From: Marsupella aquatica
Taxonomy: Eukaryota; Plantae; Marchantiophyta
Reading direction: 5' to 3'
DNA length: 64,000 nt
Assembly: GCA_973895155.1 (NCBI GenBank)
Contig: OZ316891.1
Span: forward strand, 647,558 to 711,557
The notes under the pieces: generated by a model
The model's input: the letters and a program-made list of their open reading frames with translations, nothing else
Told to the model about the DNA's origin: nothing
The model's database searches: none
Part shown: positions 62,414-64,000 of the stretch, piece after piece
How positions within the stretch are numbered: the stretch's first letter is position 1
How the letters are laid out: each line of letters begins with the position of its first letter
Translations under genes and position numbers: made by a program

Positions 62414-64000
62414 TCTCTTTCGCAAGATATTCCAAAATCGCCGTTGGGGTCAATGAATGACACTCTGCAAAAACATTGGATAGGAAATATCGAACCAGGT
62501 TTCGAACAGCCAGCTCATTTGTTAAACTGACAACAAAGGGAAAGATTTGCTGGACGACTATGACATCTCAAAGACCCAGTGAAACACGAAGAATTCGCAC
62601 AGGGTTCAAGACTGGAATCAAGTAAAATTTACAAAAGCTTGCTACCATTGTGCCAGTAAGGCGAAGTAAGGTCACGTCAGTGTGAGCATCAGCGGGCAGG
62701 ATGATAGTTTTGGAAGAGTCTACTACCTCCTCACCTTCGAAGCTGTCCTTCACAGTAGTTTTCTGGGGACGTATACTAGTAGTTGTTGATCTGGAGGCAT
62801 TCCGGGGGGGACCTACAGGATGCCTAGGTCCCAGCTTGGATCGCGATTGTGTTGGTTCTAACCTTCTCACATCTAGCTGGAATGCTCGCAAAATCCGTGA
62901 CGACGTCAAGATCAGGAAAGCAACGCACCTGATGGTCCTTTCCGTTGGCTCCGTCGACATCGACGATTTGGCAGGCCCGTTTCAAAACTTTCTACACCAG
63001 CAGTCTCAGATCCAGAAGTCTCACAGCGAACAAGAAGTACCAGCCAAGCCAGTTAGCTCATCTGGGCACAACTCGATCTAGTGGAGACACGAACATTGCA
63101 CGCACCTCAAAACGCGCGCTTCACATCTGGACATCAAGCAATTGTAAAGTTTTAAAGCACGGTCCAGATAACCCTGCCAACTTTGGTGATAGAGAACAGA
63201 GACATAGGGTTCAGCGGTGACAGAATGCCTAGAAAATTTGTGAGTACAGGACTGCAAAAAGCGAAGAACCGGGAAACTCCACGTACCCAAACATACCACC
63301 TATAGACATGTGCACCCATCTGGTGATACGACGAGAATGTACGCAAAACAAAACGAGAAGTCCAGATGAGTGAAGTGAGCCACCAAACCGGCTCTTGTGT
63401 ACGGCCGGCCGAGATTTGAGATTGGCAGGTTCTGTGCTGGATCATGGAATAGCCTCCCTTCAGAGGTTTGCAGACGAGCAGCCGATGAGGAAGAACATGG
63501 AAAGAGAGTGTTTCAGGCGAGGCGTTGACCCCAGCGGCGATGAGCACAGGTTCGTAGGACTTGAGTGAGGAGGACCTCCAAAACCTGACGGTCTTCAGAT
63601 AGCATTTGTTCTGGTCAAAAAGAGATGATAGTTGTATGACTAGCGGCCCGGCCGTTTGAGAAGAATTCCACGTCCTGCACTGCAAACACAAACAGCGGTT
63701 TCCATGTGCGACTCTGGAGTTTTCTAAGAAAGAGATTAACAATTTCAAACTATAGGAGGAGTACGAGTAAGCCCAAAGTGCCGCACCTGATACTTGCTCG
63801 AGTCAGCTCGGTGGAGATTGAAGGTCAATTAATCTGGTCCAAACTCTCCATATCAGCAAGTCCATTTGAAAAGCTATCGAGCAGTGGTTGAGTGGCAGAG
63901 ACTCCAATCTCGTCCGTCACATAATCTGGAGGTCGCTCTAACGGAGGCCACCAGCCCACCGCACCCGAACACAGGTGGAAGTCTAAAGTAGCAATTGTCG

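Overview
Eukaryotic, intron-rich plant genomic DNA. A non-seed land plant such as a liverwort is my inference from gene content and style. Five ordinary spliced genes are present: a HAD-IG 5'-nucleotidase, a chloroplast GDT1/PAM71-HL transporter, a small putative plastid membrane protein of unknown function, plastid ribosomal protein L15 and a UDP-galactose/GONST5-type nucleotide-sugar transporter. Two regions stand out. (1) An apparently intact 7-exon, ~1680-aa STAND/NLR-like gene (55938-62413, minus) with the architecture alpha/beta-hydrolase - NB-ARC - ARM repeats - TPR and no LRRs. Its 13 near-identical 129-bp ARM units vary mostly at helix-3 ligand-groove positions, resembling the highly conserved, hypervariable repeat sensors of fungal NLRs. 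(2) A complete 12.9-kb Mutator-like element (25411-38320; 153-bp TIRs, perfect 10-bp TSD). It carries a stop-disrupted transposase, an intact ORF with a stand-alone RNase H1/viroplasmin hybrid-binding domain plus a hydrophobic segment, a multi-exon zinc-finger/RG/Pro-rich accessory gene and two internal tandem arrays. A solo LTR, two 5'-truncated non-LTR insertions (one only 25 bp) and several small repeats and hairpins are also visible. Exon boundaries were read by eye and need RNA-seq confirmation.
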